Positions 9,934 through 20,080 of a stretch of DNA of 64,000 bases are shown here, piece by piece. A program made the translations under genes and the position numbers. The notes beneath the pieces were generated by a model, which was not told the origin of the DNA, made no database searches, and saw only the letters and a program-made list of their open reading frames with translations. Origin of the DNA: an uncultured delta proteobacterium. GTDB taxonomy: Bacteria > Myxococcota_A > Polyangia > Fen-1088. The stretch lies in the NCBI GenBank assembly GCA_963767925.1, contig CAVYGB010000010.1:480001-544000 (forward strand). The letters are read 5' to 3'. Every line of letters starts with the position of its first letter. Position 1 is the stretch's first letter.

Positions 9934-12900
9934 TCACGGAAACTCCACCCAGGTCGTGCGCCGGTAGTGGGTGGCGGCGCTGGAGGCCACCGCCGGCGCA
10001 ACCGTCAGGCCCGTGAGCACGACCGTCTTCGGCCCCGATTGGCGCACGACCACCAGCTTGGCGCCGGCGAAGACCGCGCCGATCACCGGCTCCGAACCGA
10101 CCTCCTCGCCGTGGACCTGCCTGACCGTCTCGTCGACGGCCGACACCATGTGCATGGTGAGGAAGGTCTTGCCCCGGGAGCAGCCGTTGCCATCGCTCCA
10201 GTACCACATCGTGATGAGCGCGAAGCCCTCGCCGTCCTTGCGGAGGACGGCCGTCGGCGAGCCCAGCGGGCGGACGCCCCCGGGCAAGGGGGTAGTGCAG
10301 GTCTTGGCCACCGCGTTCCAGACGCCGCAGATCTGGGCGGAGTTGTCGCTCGAGAGCACGACGCGCTGGCCGGTGCCCCAGTCGGCGTCGGCCGCCACCA
10401 CGCTGCCGGCCCGGGCCAGGTCCTTGCGGATGATCATCTGCGACGCCGGGAAGGCGCCGCCGACGGGTGCCGTCTTGGGGTCGGAGGCGGAGTTTGTGAG
10501 CTGCACCAGGAAGATCTCTCCCGGGTGTTTGCCGGAGTCGACCAGGTCGAGCTGCACCACCGTGGGCGCGAAGTGCAGCGGGTGGCTGCAGCCCACCGAT
10601 TCGACCAGGCTGATGGTGGGCGCGGCGGTCCCCAGCACGCCGTCGGCGTCCGCCCCCGGCACGTAGCGAAACAGGTTGCCCCAGGTGTCGCCCACGTAGG
10701 CCGCGGCGATGCGCGACTTGTCCTGCTCGCCCTGGCGGCTCGCCACTGCGACGTCGGCCAGGATGGTCGGCTCGGTGGGATCCACCTTGGGCTTGCTGCA
10801 GCCTCCTCCCAGGCCCGCCGTGCTCACGTGGCTGGTGACGTTGCCGAACCAGCCATTCGTGGTGACGATCTCCAGGCCCGCGGTGCTGTTGGTGGCCTCG
10901 GTGTAGCCCGAGGCGGCCACGAGCCGGTAGTCGTCCATGGCGCTGCTCTTGCCGAAGTAGTAACCGGGCACCGAGATGGTCCGGCCCAGGGCGGTGTTGT
11001 TGGCCAGGCGGTCGCTGTCGCTGGGCACGGCGTGCTCGGTGTGCCAGCGCACCTGCACGGGCGGATCGGCCGCCGAGTTCTTCACCCCGCCCGCCCCGAA
11101 GGGCGAGGTGATATCGAGCATGAAGGTCTCGTTGCCCCCGAACCCTTCGGGCAAGACGAGCAGGATCTTCTCCACCCGCCCGCTCGAGGCGCTGCAGTTG
11201 GAGACGCAGATCTTCTTGACCTTGGCCGAGTTGGCCAGCCCGAACAGATGGTCCTTGGGTGCGGGCCGCTGGCCGCCCTGGGCATACAGCCGCCGGATCA
11301 TCTTCAACATGTCCTGCGGGATGTAGGCGAACGCCTCCTGACCCCCCTTGTATTCCGGGCCCGAGCCCACCTTCTGGGTGCGGCTGTGAAAGGCGTGTAA
11401 CATCCCGTCACTCGAGCCCACGTAGGTCAGCGTCGGCTCGAGCGGCCCGCCCACCTCGATGGGCGTCGAGTTGACGAAGGCGCCCAGCACCGCCGGGTTG
11501 CCCAGGGCCGGGTCCCCCAGCATCCAGCGGGCGACCAGCGCCGCCTCCTCGCTGGTGACTCCCAGCCCCAGGTCGCGTAGCTGGGCGGCGTTGGTGATGA
11601 CGCCGCTGGCGTCCACCTCCACCTTCACCATCTGCTTGCCGCTGGAGGTGAAGACGTTGCGCGACTTCCAGAAGTCGGGCGTCACCTCGGCGTAAGGAGC
11701 CGCGGTGTCGTCGGGGCTGAACCAGCGGGCGGCGTCCCACTTGATGACCGGCGTCCCATCGCTGACGTCGTAGGAGATGAGGTGCCCCTTCCAGCTGGGA
11801 AAGTCCACCCGCGAGTCGAGCACCGTCGTGCTGGCCACCGAGCCATCGGCCTGCTTGCTGGGGCCACCCACCGTGACCGGCGAGGTGGCGTAGCTGCCCG
11901 AGACCGAGTCGTAGATGGCCGCGGTCAGCGCCTCGTACAGGTCGGAGTCCTTGATGGCGTAGTAGCCGGTCGCGGTACCGCCCGCCTTGGCGATGTTGTT
12001 GATGGCCTTGATGTCGCGCACGCTCGACAGCGTCCCGGAGAAGCCGACGACGTAGACCTTCGTGTCGAGCGTCGTGCGGATGGAGTGGGCGTTGAGCACG
12101 GCGGCGCAGGTGCAGCCCGGACCCGGCGGAGACAGGGCGCAGTCGTTGTGGTCGCACTTGGTGTCGCCGGCACCGTTCGGCATGCCGTCGGTGATGAACA
12201 GGATGGAGTTCTTCCGGCAGGAGACTCCGTTGGTCGTGTTCTGCGATTTGACGTGCTGGATGTAGTGGTAGGCGCTCTCCTCCTTGACGGCGGCCCCGCC
12301 TGTCCCCTTGAGCGTGACGCCGGAGGGGGTGCCACCGAAGGGGTAGATGCCCCCGAGCGACACCTTGCCCGCCATGGCCGAGATCTGTCGGGCCATGTTC
12401 GAGGCGCTGGCCACCGGCAGGGCCTGGGAGGTGTCCATGAAGGCGACGCGGGCAGCGTCCCAGTGGCCGGCGTTGGTGTAGCTGAGGCCGTAGGCGGATT
12501 TGTCGTCGAGCTCGTTCGCGTAGATGTTGTTCAGGTTCCGCTTGTTGGCGGGGGCGTCCATATAGATGTACGTCTTGCCGCTGGAGACCCGGGTCCGCCC
12601 GACGTAGTCGGCGAAGGTCTTGCGGCTACCCGGGGTGGCCTTGGCGAACTGGAAGGTGTAGTGGCTCCCCTTGTAGATGCCGGTGCCCACGCCGGCGATG
12701 TCGCACACCTCGCCGCAGCCAGCGCCCCAGCTCGCGTTGCGCAGCTCGTTGGTGGTTCCCTTGTTGACCTCGTAGCGGCTGTTCTCGGTCGCCTTGAGGG
12801 TGTAAACCGTCCCGGCGATGGTGCAACTGCCGCTGGGCCCGGCGGTCGGGGTAAAGCAGCTCCCGAACTCGAGCTCCACCTTCGACAGAAATGCCGGCCG

Positions 12901-13620
12901 CGTCTCGTAGCTGACGCTGCCCGAGACCTCGAAGTAGGGGTAATAGCCCTGCTGCTTGAAGGTCATCATGCCGAAGTTCACCGACTGGTGGAACTCCTGC
13001 ACGACCTGCTTGAGCACGCGCTTGGCGATGAGCAGGCGGGAGGTGGCGGGGCCGCAGGAGTCACCGGGGATGGCGTTGCAGTCGGTCTGGTTGCGACACA
13101 TGTTCAAGCCCAGCCGGCACATCTGGATCTTCTTGACCGAGGCGTCGTCGAGCACGCAGTAGTTGTTGGGGACCCAGCCGCAGGTGTTGTCGTCGCACTG
13201 AGAATTGGAAGTGCAGAGGATGCCGTCGTCGTCGTGCCGGCAGAGGGCGGCCTTCGTGCAGTCGGAGTTCTGGGTGCAGAGGGTCGTGTCGTTCTCCCGC
13301 CCGGGACCGTTCTTCCCGCTCATCGTCATGTAGCAGCGGCCCTTCTTCCCGACGGTGCGGCAATAGGCGTCCCCCTCGTCGCAGTCCATGCCCGCCTCGT
13401 GGATGTCCATGTCGGGCGCGTTCGGCAGCAGGTTCATCGAACCCGAGGTGTCGAACACGATGAGCATGTTGGGCTTCTGGATCTGCTGCTCTATGAGCGT
13501 CAGTGGGTTGACGCGGGCCCCGGCTTCGCCCGCGGGCGTGGCCATGCCGGCCAGCACCGAAAGACAGAGGAAAGCCCGGCGGAGCGGCCGCTGGGGACGG
13601 GTGGATTCTCCGGCGTACAT
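9934..13620 (-). CDS. pilY1: PilY1-like type IV pilus tip adhesin (vWA + Cys-rich + PilC-type propeller)
   Basis: Signal peptide, KPNMLIVFDTSGSM (MIDAS), ILFITDG, WKGHL, LGAFVNSTP, YVGSSDGMLHAF, EAFAYIP, YVGDTWGNLFR. Confidence 0.8.
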   Translation of the reverse strand: MYAGESTRPQRPLRRAFLCLSVLAGMATPAGEAGARVNPLTLIEQQIQKPNMLIVFDTSGSMNLLPNAPDMDIHEAGMDCDEGDAYCRTVGKKGRCYMTMSGKNGPGRENDTTLCTQNSDCTKAALCRHDDDGILCTSNSQCDDNTCGWVPNNYCVLDDASVKKIQMCRLGLNMCRNQTDCNAIPGDSCGPATSRLLIAKRVLKQVVQEFHQSVNFGMMTFKQQGYYPYFEVSGSVSYETRPAFLSKVELEFGSCFTPTAGPSGSCTIAGTVYTLKATENSRYEVNKGTTNELRNASWGAGCGEVCDIAGVGTGIYKGSHYTFQFAKATPGSRKTFADYVGRTRVSSGKTYIYMDAPANKRNLNNIYANELDDKSAYGLSYTNAGHWDAARVAFMDTSQALPVASASNMARQISAMAGKVSLGGIYPFGGTPSGVTLKGTGGAAVKEESAYHYIQHVKSQNTTNGVSCRKNSILFITDGMPNGAGDTKCDHNDCALSPPGPGCTCAAVLNAHSIRTTLDTKVYVVGFSGTLSSVRDIKAINNIAKAGGTATGYYAIKDSDLYEALTAAIYDSVSGSYATSPVTVGGPSKQADGSVASTTVLDSRVDFPSWKGHLISYDVSDGTPVIKWDAARWFSPDDTAAPYAEVTPDFWKSRNVFTSSGKQMVKVEVDASGVITNAAQLRDLGLGVTSEEAALVARWMLGDPALGNPAVLGAFVNSTPIEVGGPLEPTLTYVGSSDGMLHAFHSRTQKVGSGPEYKGGQEAFAYIPQDMLKMIRRLYAQGGQRPAPKDHLFGLANSAKVKKICVSNCSASSGRVEKILLVLPEGFGGNETFMLDITSPFGAGGVKNSAADPPVQVRWHTEHAVPSDSDRLANNTALGRTISVPGYYFGKSSAMDDYRLVAASGYTEATNSTAGLEIVTTNGWFGNVTSHVSTAGLGGGCSKPKVDPTEPTILADVAVASRQGEQDKSRIAAAYVGDTWGNLFRYVPGADADGVLGTAAPTISLVESVGCSHPLHFAPTVVQLDLVDSGKHPGEIFLVQLTNSASDPKTAPVGGAFPASQMIIRKDLARAGSVVAADADWGTGQRVVLSSDNSAQICGVWNAVAKTCTTPLPGGVRPLGSPTAVLRKDGEGFALITMWYWSDGNGCSRGKTFLTMHMVSAVDETVRQVHGEEVGSEPVIGAVFAGAKLVVVRQSGPKTVVLTGLTVAPAVASSAATHYRRTTWVEFP

Positions 13621-14022
13621 ACCCTGGTCCCCAGCAAGAAGTCGTCCAACCTGAAAACGTCCTTTGCTGGTCGGCGAACCGAGCCATGACCTGGCGAAAA
13701 CGCGGCGTCGGCCGACACGTGCAGGTGATGAAGGGGACGGGGGACGACCACAACGCCGCCGGTTTACCTATGAAAGTTTCTCCGTCCCCCGCGCCGTTTT
13801 GCGAACCGACCTCAGGCACGGCGCCGCTGGCCACGCCGGCTGGACGGGGGGCGCGGCCGTTGCTTGGTTCGGCGACGCCCGGCGAAGCTGCGCCCCGGGA
13901 CGAGCTCCCCGCCCACCCGGCCGGCGTGATCTGCTGCCCCACAGCGCGACGAGGGGGGTCGCGGCCTCAGGCTCGCTACCACGTCGATGGCTCCGGCGAT
14001 CGGTGCTTCGGCATCCCGAGGG

Positions 14023-14466
14023 TCAGAAGTGGCCGTAGAGGATCCGGGCGCGGCCGGTCATGGGGAGGGTTGCCTCGCCGACCTCGGTGAAGCCTCTGGC
14101 GCGGGCCAGCTCGTCGAGATGGCGCATCCAGGGGCGGTAGGGCATGCCGTTGTCGCTGCAGCAGGGGACGACGGCGAAGGCGACGCGGTGGAGAGCGGCG
14201 TATTCTATGATCACGCGGGTTGCGCCGTCCGGATGCATGCCCACCACCAAGCCGGCGTCGCACGGTTCGTCCAGGGTGAAGGCGCGCTGAACGTAGTCGA
14301 CGCCGAGATGTTTGTGCCGGCGGTCGAAGGTGGACACGTCGCGGCCGAGCGCGGTGAGGGCCTCGTTGAGCTTGCCCAGGCCGCCGCCGACGTCGAACAC
14401 CCGCCGCGCCTCGAAGCGCGCGACCAGAAAACGGGCAAATAGAGTGAAACGCCGCAGGTCAGCCAT
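14023..14466 (-). CDS. Small Rossmann-fold methyltransferase-like protein
   Basis: VFDVGGGLGKL, VVGMHPDGAT, FAVVPCC. Confidence 0.7.
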   Translation of the reverse strand: MADLRRFTLFARFLVARFEARRVFDVGGGLGKLNEALTALGRDVSTFDRRHKHLGVDYVQRAFTLDEPCDAGLVVGMHPDGATRVIIEYAALHRVAFAVVPCCSDNGMPYRPWMRHLDELARARGFTEVGEATLPMTGRARILYGHF

Positions 14467-15084
14467 GGGGCACGTCGACCCGAAGAGGGTGACGCATCAG
14501 GGTGGCCACCGCACGCTGCCGACAGGCAACAGAAAGAAGCCACCGATGATACATGGGCCCGTACCCTCCAGGCCACTCCGCATCCTCCGTGCTTTCGTCG
14601 GGGCGCCCTACCCCATCCAGGACAGCAGCGGCGCACAGCGCCGGGTCGGGTCCGGGCCATCGGGGCTGGAGCTCAACGCCCCCCCCGGCCCGCCTCGCCT
14701 TGACGGCGCCTCGGGGTGTGGCTGGGCGTGAACAAGAGCGTTCCAGCACGCGGAACCCGACCCGGATGATCGCGTCGGCGGGTGCGTCGATCGGAGCGCG
14801 ATCGTCTCGTGAGCTGGCTCGAGGAACGCGGAGGGGTGGCGGAATCCGCAGTGACTTCCCGATCGGATCCAACCATCGCGGGCCACGGTCTTGATCGCGG
14901 CGATCAGCTCGCGTCCACTCCGGCGGGATCACTGAGTTTTTGCCTCCGATCGTCCGTACGATGGTCAAGGTGTGCGCCTTCTGAGTAACGGTGCGACCAC
15001 ACGCCTCCGGAATGCTCGCTCTCGCGGGTGATGGTTCCCCGAATTGAAACCAGCGTCATGGATGGAGGCAAGGAGAGAAGTCGC

Positions 15085-15879
15085 ATGCTCGAAAGTCTCC
15101 GTTGGCCCCGTCCCGTCTCGCTCTTCGCGCTCGCCACCTCCTGCTGGCTCGCCGCGTGCACTCCCGAGGCGCCAGCCCCATCCGAGCCGGGCCCCGCGGC
15201 CGGCGGGAGCGGAGGCTCGGGGGGAGGCGGGGGCGCTCGCCCGGGCATGACCGGGATGGCGGGGGCCATGGCGGGTGGGGGCGCTGGGACGGGAGGGGTG
15301 GGTGGCCAGGCGGGGCCGAGCACGCGCCAGGACGCCTCGACGCCCGGCACCCGCGACGCCGCCTTGCCTGGTTCCCGGGACTCCGCCGCGGGCGACGCCC
15401 CGGCTTCGCCGATCCCCGGCTTCGCCGTCTGCGTGGTCTGCCATGGTCCCCAGGGGCAGGGCATTCCGGACAAGGGACCCGAGATCCAGCACCCCGTCAT
15501 CGACTTCTCGACCTGGGTGATCCGCAACGGGCGCGTGCACCCCGGCTACAAGGAGCCGATGCTGAAGTACACCGTCGATCAGGTCTCCGATGCGCAGCTA
15601 CAAGGGATCTTCACCTTCCTCGCCTCGCCGCCCAAGCCGACCACCGGGAAGGGGCTGTACGACGACTACTGCGGCAACTGCCACGGCGGCGACGGCAAGG
15701 GCGGCGTCACCATGCGCGACATCTCCTCCGAGCCGGCCAACGTGTTCATCGCCGACAGCCGCGGTGGCCACCACCCGGGTGAGTTCGAGAATCGCCGCGA
15801 GTACATGCCAAAGTGGACCCCCGCCGAGCTCTCCGACGAGGAGCTGCGCCTCATCTTCGCCTACATCGACAGCTTGTGA
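15085..15879 (+). CDS. Diheme c-type cytochrome lipoprotein
   Basis: LAAC lipobox, G-rich linker, CVVCH and CGNCH heme motifs, downstream Met ligands (EPML, YMPKW). Confidence 0.9.
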   Translation: MLESLRWPRPVSLFALATSCWLAACTPEAPAPSEPGPAAGGSGGSGGGGGARPGMTGMAGAMAGGGAGTGGVGGQAGPSTRQDASTPGTRDAALPGSRDSAAGDAPASPIPGFAVCVVCHGPQGQGIPDKGPEIQHPVIDFSTWVIRNGRVHPGYKEPMLKYTVDQVSDAQLQGIFTFLASPPKPTTGKGLYDDYCGNCHGGDGKGGVTMRDISSEPANVFIADSRGGHHPGEFENRREYMPKWTPAELSDEELRLIFAYIDSL

Positions 15880-15891
15880 CATCCTCGAGCG

Positions 15892-16449
15892 ATGGCCTCT
15901 CGCCAGGATCTGGGACGCGATGTCGTTCTCTCGGTGCTGCTGCTCTTCGGCATCGCGTTCTTCGTCGGCGTCGATCTCGTCGAGGACTACTTCTCGGGGC
16001 TCAGCCTTCACCACTTCCTTGTCCACGTCGGCATGCTGGGCCTGGCCATCGCCCACGGCTTCATTCTGTGGCGCCGCTTCCGGGCGCAGCGGCTGGAGGT
16101 GATGGTCCTCGATCGCGATCTGAGGGTGGCCCAGATCGAGATCGAGCGCTGGCGGCGGGAGGCGAGCGCCGCGATCCAGGGCATGGGCGCGGCGATCCAC
16201 CAGCAGCTGGAGCGCTGGCAGCTCAGCGAAGCCGAATCCGCGGTCGCGCTGCTGCTGCTGCGCGGCTTGAGTCACAAGGAGATCGCGAACCTGCGCAAGA
16301 CCAGCGAGACCACGGTCCGCCAGCAAGCGCAGGCGCTCTACCGCAAATCCGGCCTCTCCGGTCGCAACGAGCTGTCCGCGTTCTTCCTCGAGGACCTGGT
16401 CACAGCGGCGCTGGCGCCCGTCCCGGCGGGAGTGCAGCCGCAGGTCTGA
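15892..16449 (+). CDS. Membrane-anchored LuxR-family transcriptional regulator
   Basis: Two N-terminal TM helices, then WQLSEAE..VALLLLRGLSHKEIA.LR.TSE.TVRQQA..LYRKSG. Confidence 0.9.
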   Translation: MASRQDLGRDVVLSVLLLFGIAFFVGVDLVEDYFSGLSLHHFLVHVGMLGLAIAHGFILWRRFRAQRLEVMVLDRDLRVAQIEIERWRREASAAIQGMGAAIHQQLERWQLSEAESAVALLLLRGLSHKEIANLRKTSETTVRQQAQALYRKSGLSGRNELSAFFLEDLVTAALAPVPAGVQPQV

Positions 16450-16779
16450 GCGGCGGGAACCGGCGCGTTGATCCCGCGCCAGGCACAGCGCTTGCGCGTC
16501 CGGTGAAGAACCCTGCAAACCAGCCGCCGTCTCGGGATCGGAGGTGATGATGTCCGGATCCATTGTTCGCGAGGGTGCGCACCGCGGGTCGAAGAACCGC
16601 CCACCGGCCCGTGACCTGGCCGATCGCGGCAGGTGTGGGCGGCGCCAGACGGCGCTGTCCCCGCTGGCCGATCCGCCGGAGGTCGATGCCGCTCGCGCGA
16701 GGGCGCGGGATCCCGAACTTCGTCGCGCTCGAGAGGGACAAGGTCCGGGTCGTGTCGCAAGCGCGGGCGTGGTAGCGCC

Positions 16780-17547
16780 ATGAGAGCCAGCCGCCTCCTG
16801 GCACTCGTGGCCTTCGCGACCTCGGCTGGCCCGGCGCACGCCGTCGATCCTTTCGAGATCCAGGTTTATGAAGGGGACATCAACCGGCCGTTGCAGGCGG
16901 GGCTCGAGCTCCACAGCAACGTGACCCTTCCGCGCGAGAGCCAGCGGGACTGGCCCGGGATGCGCGGCAAGAGCTTCCTCCGCGTAACCTTCGAACCGTC
17001 CTTCGGCCTGCTCGAGTGGTGGGAGGTCGGCGCCTACTTCCAACTCGCGCTCGCGCCCGGCGATCTGAAGGGTCACTTCGGTGGCTTCAAGCTCCGGTCC
17101 AAATGGATCGTGCCCCGACGGCTGACCGGCGACTTCATCTTGGGCCTCAACGTCGAGGTGGGCCGCGGCGCCGCCCTGTTCGGAGCGGCTGACTGGGACA
17201 CCGAGTTCCGGCCCATCGTCGTGTGGTCGCGCGGTCGCCTCATGGCGGCCGCCAACCCGCTGGTCGGCTGGGCGCTGAGCGGTCCCGATCGGAGCTGGCG
17301 GCCCGACCTCGAGCCTGCCTTCAAGCTCCGCTGGGACACCGGGATGCGATTCGGGGCCGGGATCGAATACTACTCGGGGCTGGGGCTGCTGGGCGCGCTG
17401 CCAGAGCGGGCCGAGCAGGATCACTACCTCTACTTGACTGGAGACCTGGTGGACGCGCCGTTCGACCTCAACGTCGGCGTCGGCCGCGGGCTGACCGCCG
17501 CCACCAGCGCCTGGCTCTTCAAGACCATTCTCGGCGTCGGGTTCTGA
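16780..17547 (+). CDS. Putative outer-membrane beta-barrel protein
   Basis: Signal peptide AHA, FEIQVY motif, alternating strands, C-terminal Phe. Confidence 0.7.
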   Translation: MRASRLLALVAFATSAGPAHAVDPFEIQVYEGDINRPLQAGLELHSNVTLPRESQRDWPGMRGKSFLRVTFEPSFGLLEWWEVGAYFQLALAPGDLKGHFGGFKLRSKWIVPRRLTGDFILGLNVEVGRGAALFGAADWDTEFRPIVVWSRGRLMAAANPLVGWALSGPDRSWRPDLEPAFKLRWDTGMRFGAGIEYYSGLGLLGALPERAEQDHYLYLTGDLVDAPFDLNVGVGRGLTAATSAWLFKTILGVGF

Positions 17548-17573
17548 TCGGCCGCCTACCACGCGGGCCCGAG

Positions 17574-17612
17574 GCGGGACCTGAAGCTGCCCAGAGCAGC
17601 CTCAGGTACCGC
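17574..17612. terminator. GC-rich hairpin between convergent genes
   Basis: GCGGGACCTGAAGCTGC-CCAGA-GCAGCCTCAGGTACCGC. No U-tract. Confidence 0.3.
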
Positions 17613-17698
17613 GACGGCCAGCAGCTACGCTCATCGGCCCGTGCCTTCAGACGTGCCGGGCCGAAACGTCACTTTATCCACGACTGCCAAGAGGACAG

Positions 17699-18664
17699 TT
17701 AGTGGCCGGGCACCTGCACGGGCTGTCGATCAGCTGGCTCTCCGCGCTTTCCAGACAGCTGGTCGGCCTCGATCATAGCGGTGCGCATCTGGTCGGTCAG
17801 GCTGGCGAGATGGCCCGGCGAGTGCGGAATGAGGATCGCGTTCGTTCGCGATGAGGCGCCAATTTCCTTCAGCATGTCGAAGTACTGGGTCATCAGCACC
17901 AGATTCATCACGTCCCTCGCCGTCGTGCCGGGAACGGACTTCTGGAACTCGTCCACCGAATCTCGCAGACCCGCGACGATGGCCTTCCGCTGATCGGCGA
18001 TTCCCCGACCCTGCAGGGCCTTGCTCTGGGCATCGCCTTCGGCAGACTTGACCTTCAGGATTCGCTCTGCTTCTCCCTTCTCGGTCGCGGCCACCCGCAT
18101 CCGCTGTGCGGCGTTTATCTCGTTCATCGACTCCTTGACTCTCGCGTCCGGCTCGATGTCCGTAACGAGCGCCTTGAGAATCCCGTAACCAAACCCTTCC
18201 ATCACCTGAGCGAGCTCGCTCTTGACGATGTCGGCTATCTCGTCCTTCTTCGCGAAGACATCATCGAGCTTGATCTTGGGCACCTGAGCCCGCACGACAT
18301 CGAAGACGAACGACGTGATCTGGCGAGTGGCATCGTCGAGCTTGTAGAACGCGTCGTACACCTTCTCCGGCAGGACGTAGTACTGAACGGCGACCACCAT
18401 CTGGACGAACACGTTGTCCTCCGTCTTCGTCTCGATCCTGACGTCCAGCTGCTGCACGCGCAGGTTCACCCGTCCGATCACCTTATCGACGAAGGGAACC
18501 TTGACGTGCAAGCCCGGCCCGGCTTCCCTCAGGAACTTCCCGAGTCGCTGAACGATCGCGGTCGTCCGCTGCTCCACCGTGAAGAACGTAACCAGCAGCA
18601 GGGAGATCACGACGACCCCTACCGCGGCCGCCAGAAACATGGGTACCGTAAATTGACTCGACAT
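17699..18664 (-). CDS. SPFH/band-7 domain protein
   Basis: N-terminal TM, ETKTEDNVFV, FDVVRAQVP, MNEINAAQR, TQYFD. Confidence 0.92.
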   Translation of the reverse strand: MSSQFTVPMFLAAAVGVVVISLLLVTFFTVEQRTTAIVQRLGKFLREAGPGLHVKVPFVDKVIGRVNLRVQQLDVRIETKTEDNVFVQMVVAVQYYVLPEKVYDAFYKLDDATRQITSFVFDVVRAQVPKIKLDDVFAKKDEIADIVKSELAQVMEGFGYGILKALVTDIEPDARVKESMNEINAAQRMRVAATEKGEAERILKVKSAEGDAQSKALQGRGIADQRKAIVAGLRDSVDEFQKSVPGTTARDVMNLVLMTQYFDMLKEIGASSRTNAILIPHSPGHLASLTDQMRTAMIEADQLSGKRGEPADRQPVQVPGH

Positions 18665-18966
18665 TATCGCTCCTCCAGTAACGGGTGCGCTGCCGCATGT
18701 TATCTCCTGAGACCTGCGCGGCCGCCAGGCGTCCAAGGAGAGCCATTTCAGACAACATGGGTCCTGTCCTGGCAGAGCGTCGAACCAACGAGATGATGGC
18801 CGGGCCGCCCTGATCGATAGCCTGCGGGGGGGCTGCGCGGGCCTCGGCCGTCGCAGCGAAGGAGGCGGGGCGCCTGTTCGCCGAGACCTCGAGAGGGTGT
18901 TGCCAGGCGACTCCGTAATCGCAGCGTGGCTGGTTGCTTTCCGTCCGCGTGAACCCACCTTGGAGC

Positions 18967-19407
18967 ATGGAAAGATTCGAGCTCACGTCATCTGAAATCG
19001 AACAGAAACCTCGCTTGCGAATCGCGATCGTGGTGGCCTTCGCTGTCGCCCTCGGCGCCTGCGCGCACAGCCAGCCAATGCAATCTAGCGCCCGCGTGCC
19101 CGCGGCTGAAGGGAGCGTGAAGCTCGGCAAGGGCGACAGCGGCAATACGAGAGTGACCATGAAGGTCAAACATCTGGCCGACGCCGCGATGGTGGCGCCC
19201 GGCGCGAGCACGTACGTCGTCTGGATCCAGCAGCCCGAGCGCGAGCCGCAGAACGTCGGCGCCCTGAAGGTGGGCAAGGACCGGCGCGGCGAGCTCGAGA
19301 CCGTGACGCCCCATCAAACCTTCCAGGTCTTCATCACGGCAGAGCCCACCGTATCGGCCCGAGCGCCGACCAGCGAACGTTTGATGTTCGCCAACGTCGG
19401 TCCGTGA
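18967..19407 (+). CDS. Small exported lipoprotein
   Basis: LGAC lipobox, YVVWIQ..PQNVGAL, FITAE. Confidence 0.75.
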   Translation: MERFELTSSEIEQKPRLRIAIVVAFAVALGACAHSQPMQSSARVPAAEGSVKLGKGDSGNTRVTMKVKHLADAAMVAPGASTYVVWIQQPEREPQNVGALKVGKDRRGELETVTPHQTFQVFITAEPTVSARAPTSERLMFANVGP

Positions 19408-19529
19408 TCGCCCCTCGACGCTGAGATCACGGGGCGTCGCCGCCGCCTGCGGCCAGCTCGGGGGAGATTCTCTCGCTGCTGCCGGTGGCGGTGTCGCGGG
19501 TGGGGACGGCCGAAGGGGACCGACGGCCT

Positions 19530-20078
19530 CTAGAGGGGAAGAATGTATGCCTCGGCGCAGAGGTCCGGGGCGGGATAGAAGTCGTAGGCGCGCGTACGTA
19601 GCCAGCCCATGCTGCGGTACATCTCGCGGGAGATCGGAAAGATCGCCGAGGTGTGCAGGGCGATGACCGGCGCGCCAAGGGTGCGCGCTCGCTGGATCCG
19701 GGCCTCCGCGAGCAGGCGGCCGATGCCGCGGCCGCGATGGGCGGCCTGCACGGCCAGCAAGCGCAGGGTCGCCCACTCCCGCGGCCAGGGCTCCCGCTGC
19801 CTCCCGCTCTCGCCGGTCGGGTACCGGGGCGGGTGGTGAGGCCGGCACAGGAGACCGGCGCCGACGACGTTGCCCGCCTCGTCGGCGACGAAGGTGTCGG
19901 TCCCCGCCAGGCGCGCGCCGCGGTCGGCGACGTCCTGCAGATAACGCTCGAGGGCCGCGCGGCGCTGGGGGGAGACCGGGGCGTCGGGCGCCGGGCGGAC
20001 CGACTCGAAGGCCGCCACCAGCAGGCGCGCGACGGCCTCGAGCTCGCCGGCGCGCGCCTCGCGGATGACGGCGGACAT
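19530..20078 (-). CDS. GNAT N-acetyltransferase
   Basis: LRLLAV...HRGRGIGRLL, LHT...MYRSMGW. Confidence 0.88.
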   Translation of the reverse strand: MSAVIREARAGELEAVARLLVAAFESVRPAPDAPVSPQRRAALERYLQDVADRGARLAGTDTFVADEAGNVVGAGLLCRPHHPPRYPTGESGRQREPWPREWATLRLLAVQAAHRGRGIGRLLAEARIQRARTLGAPVIALHTSAIFPISREMYRSMGWLRTRAYDFYPAPDLCAEAYILPL

Positions 20079-20080
20079 GG

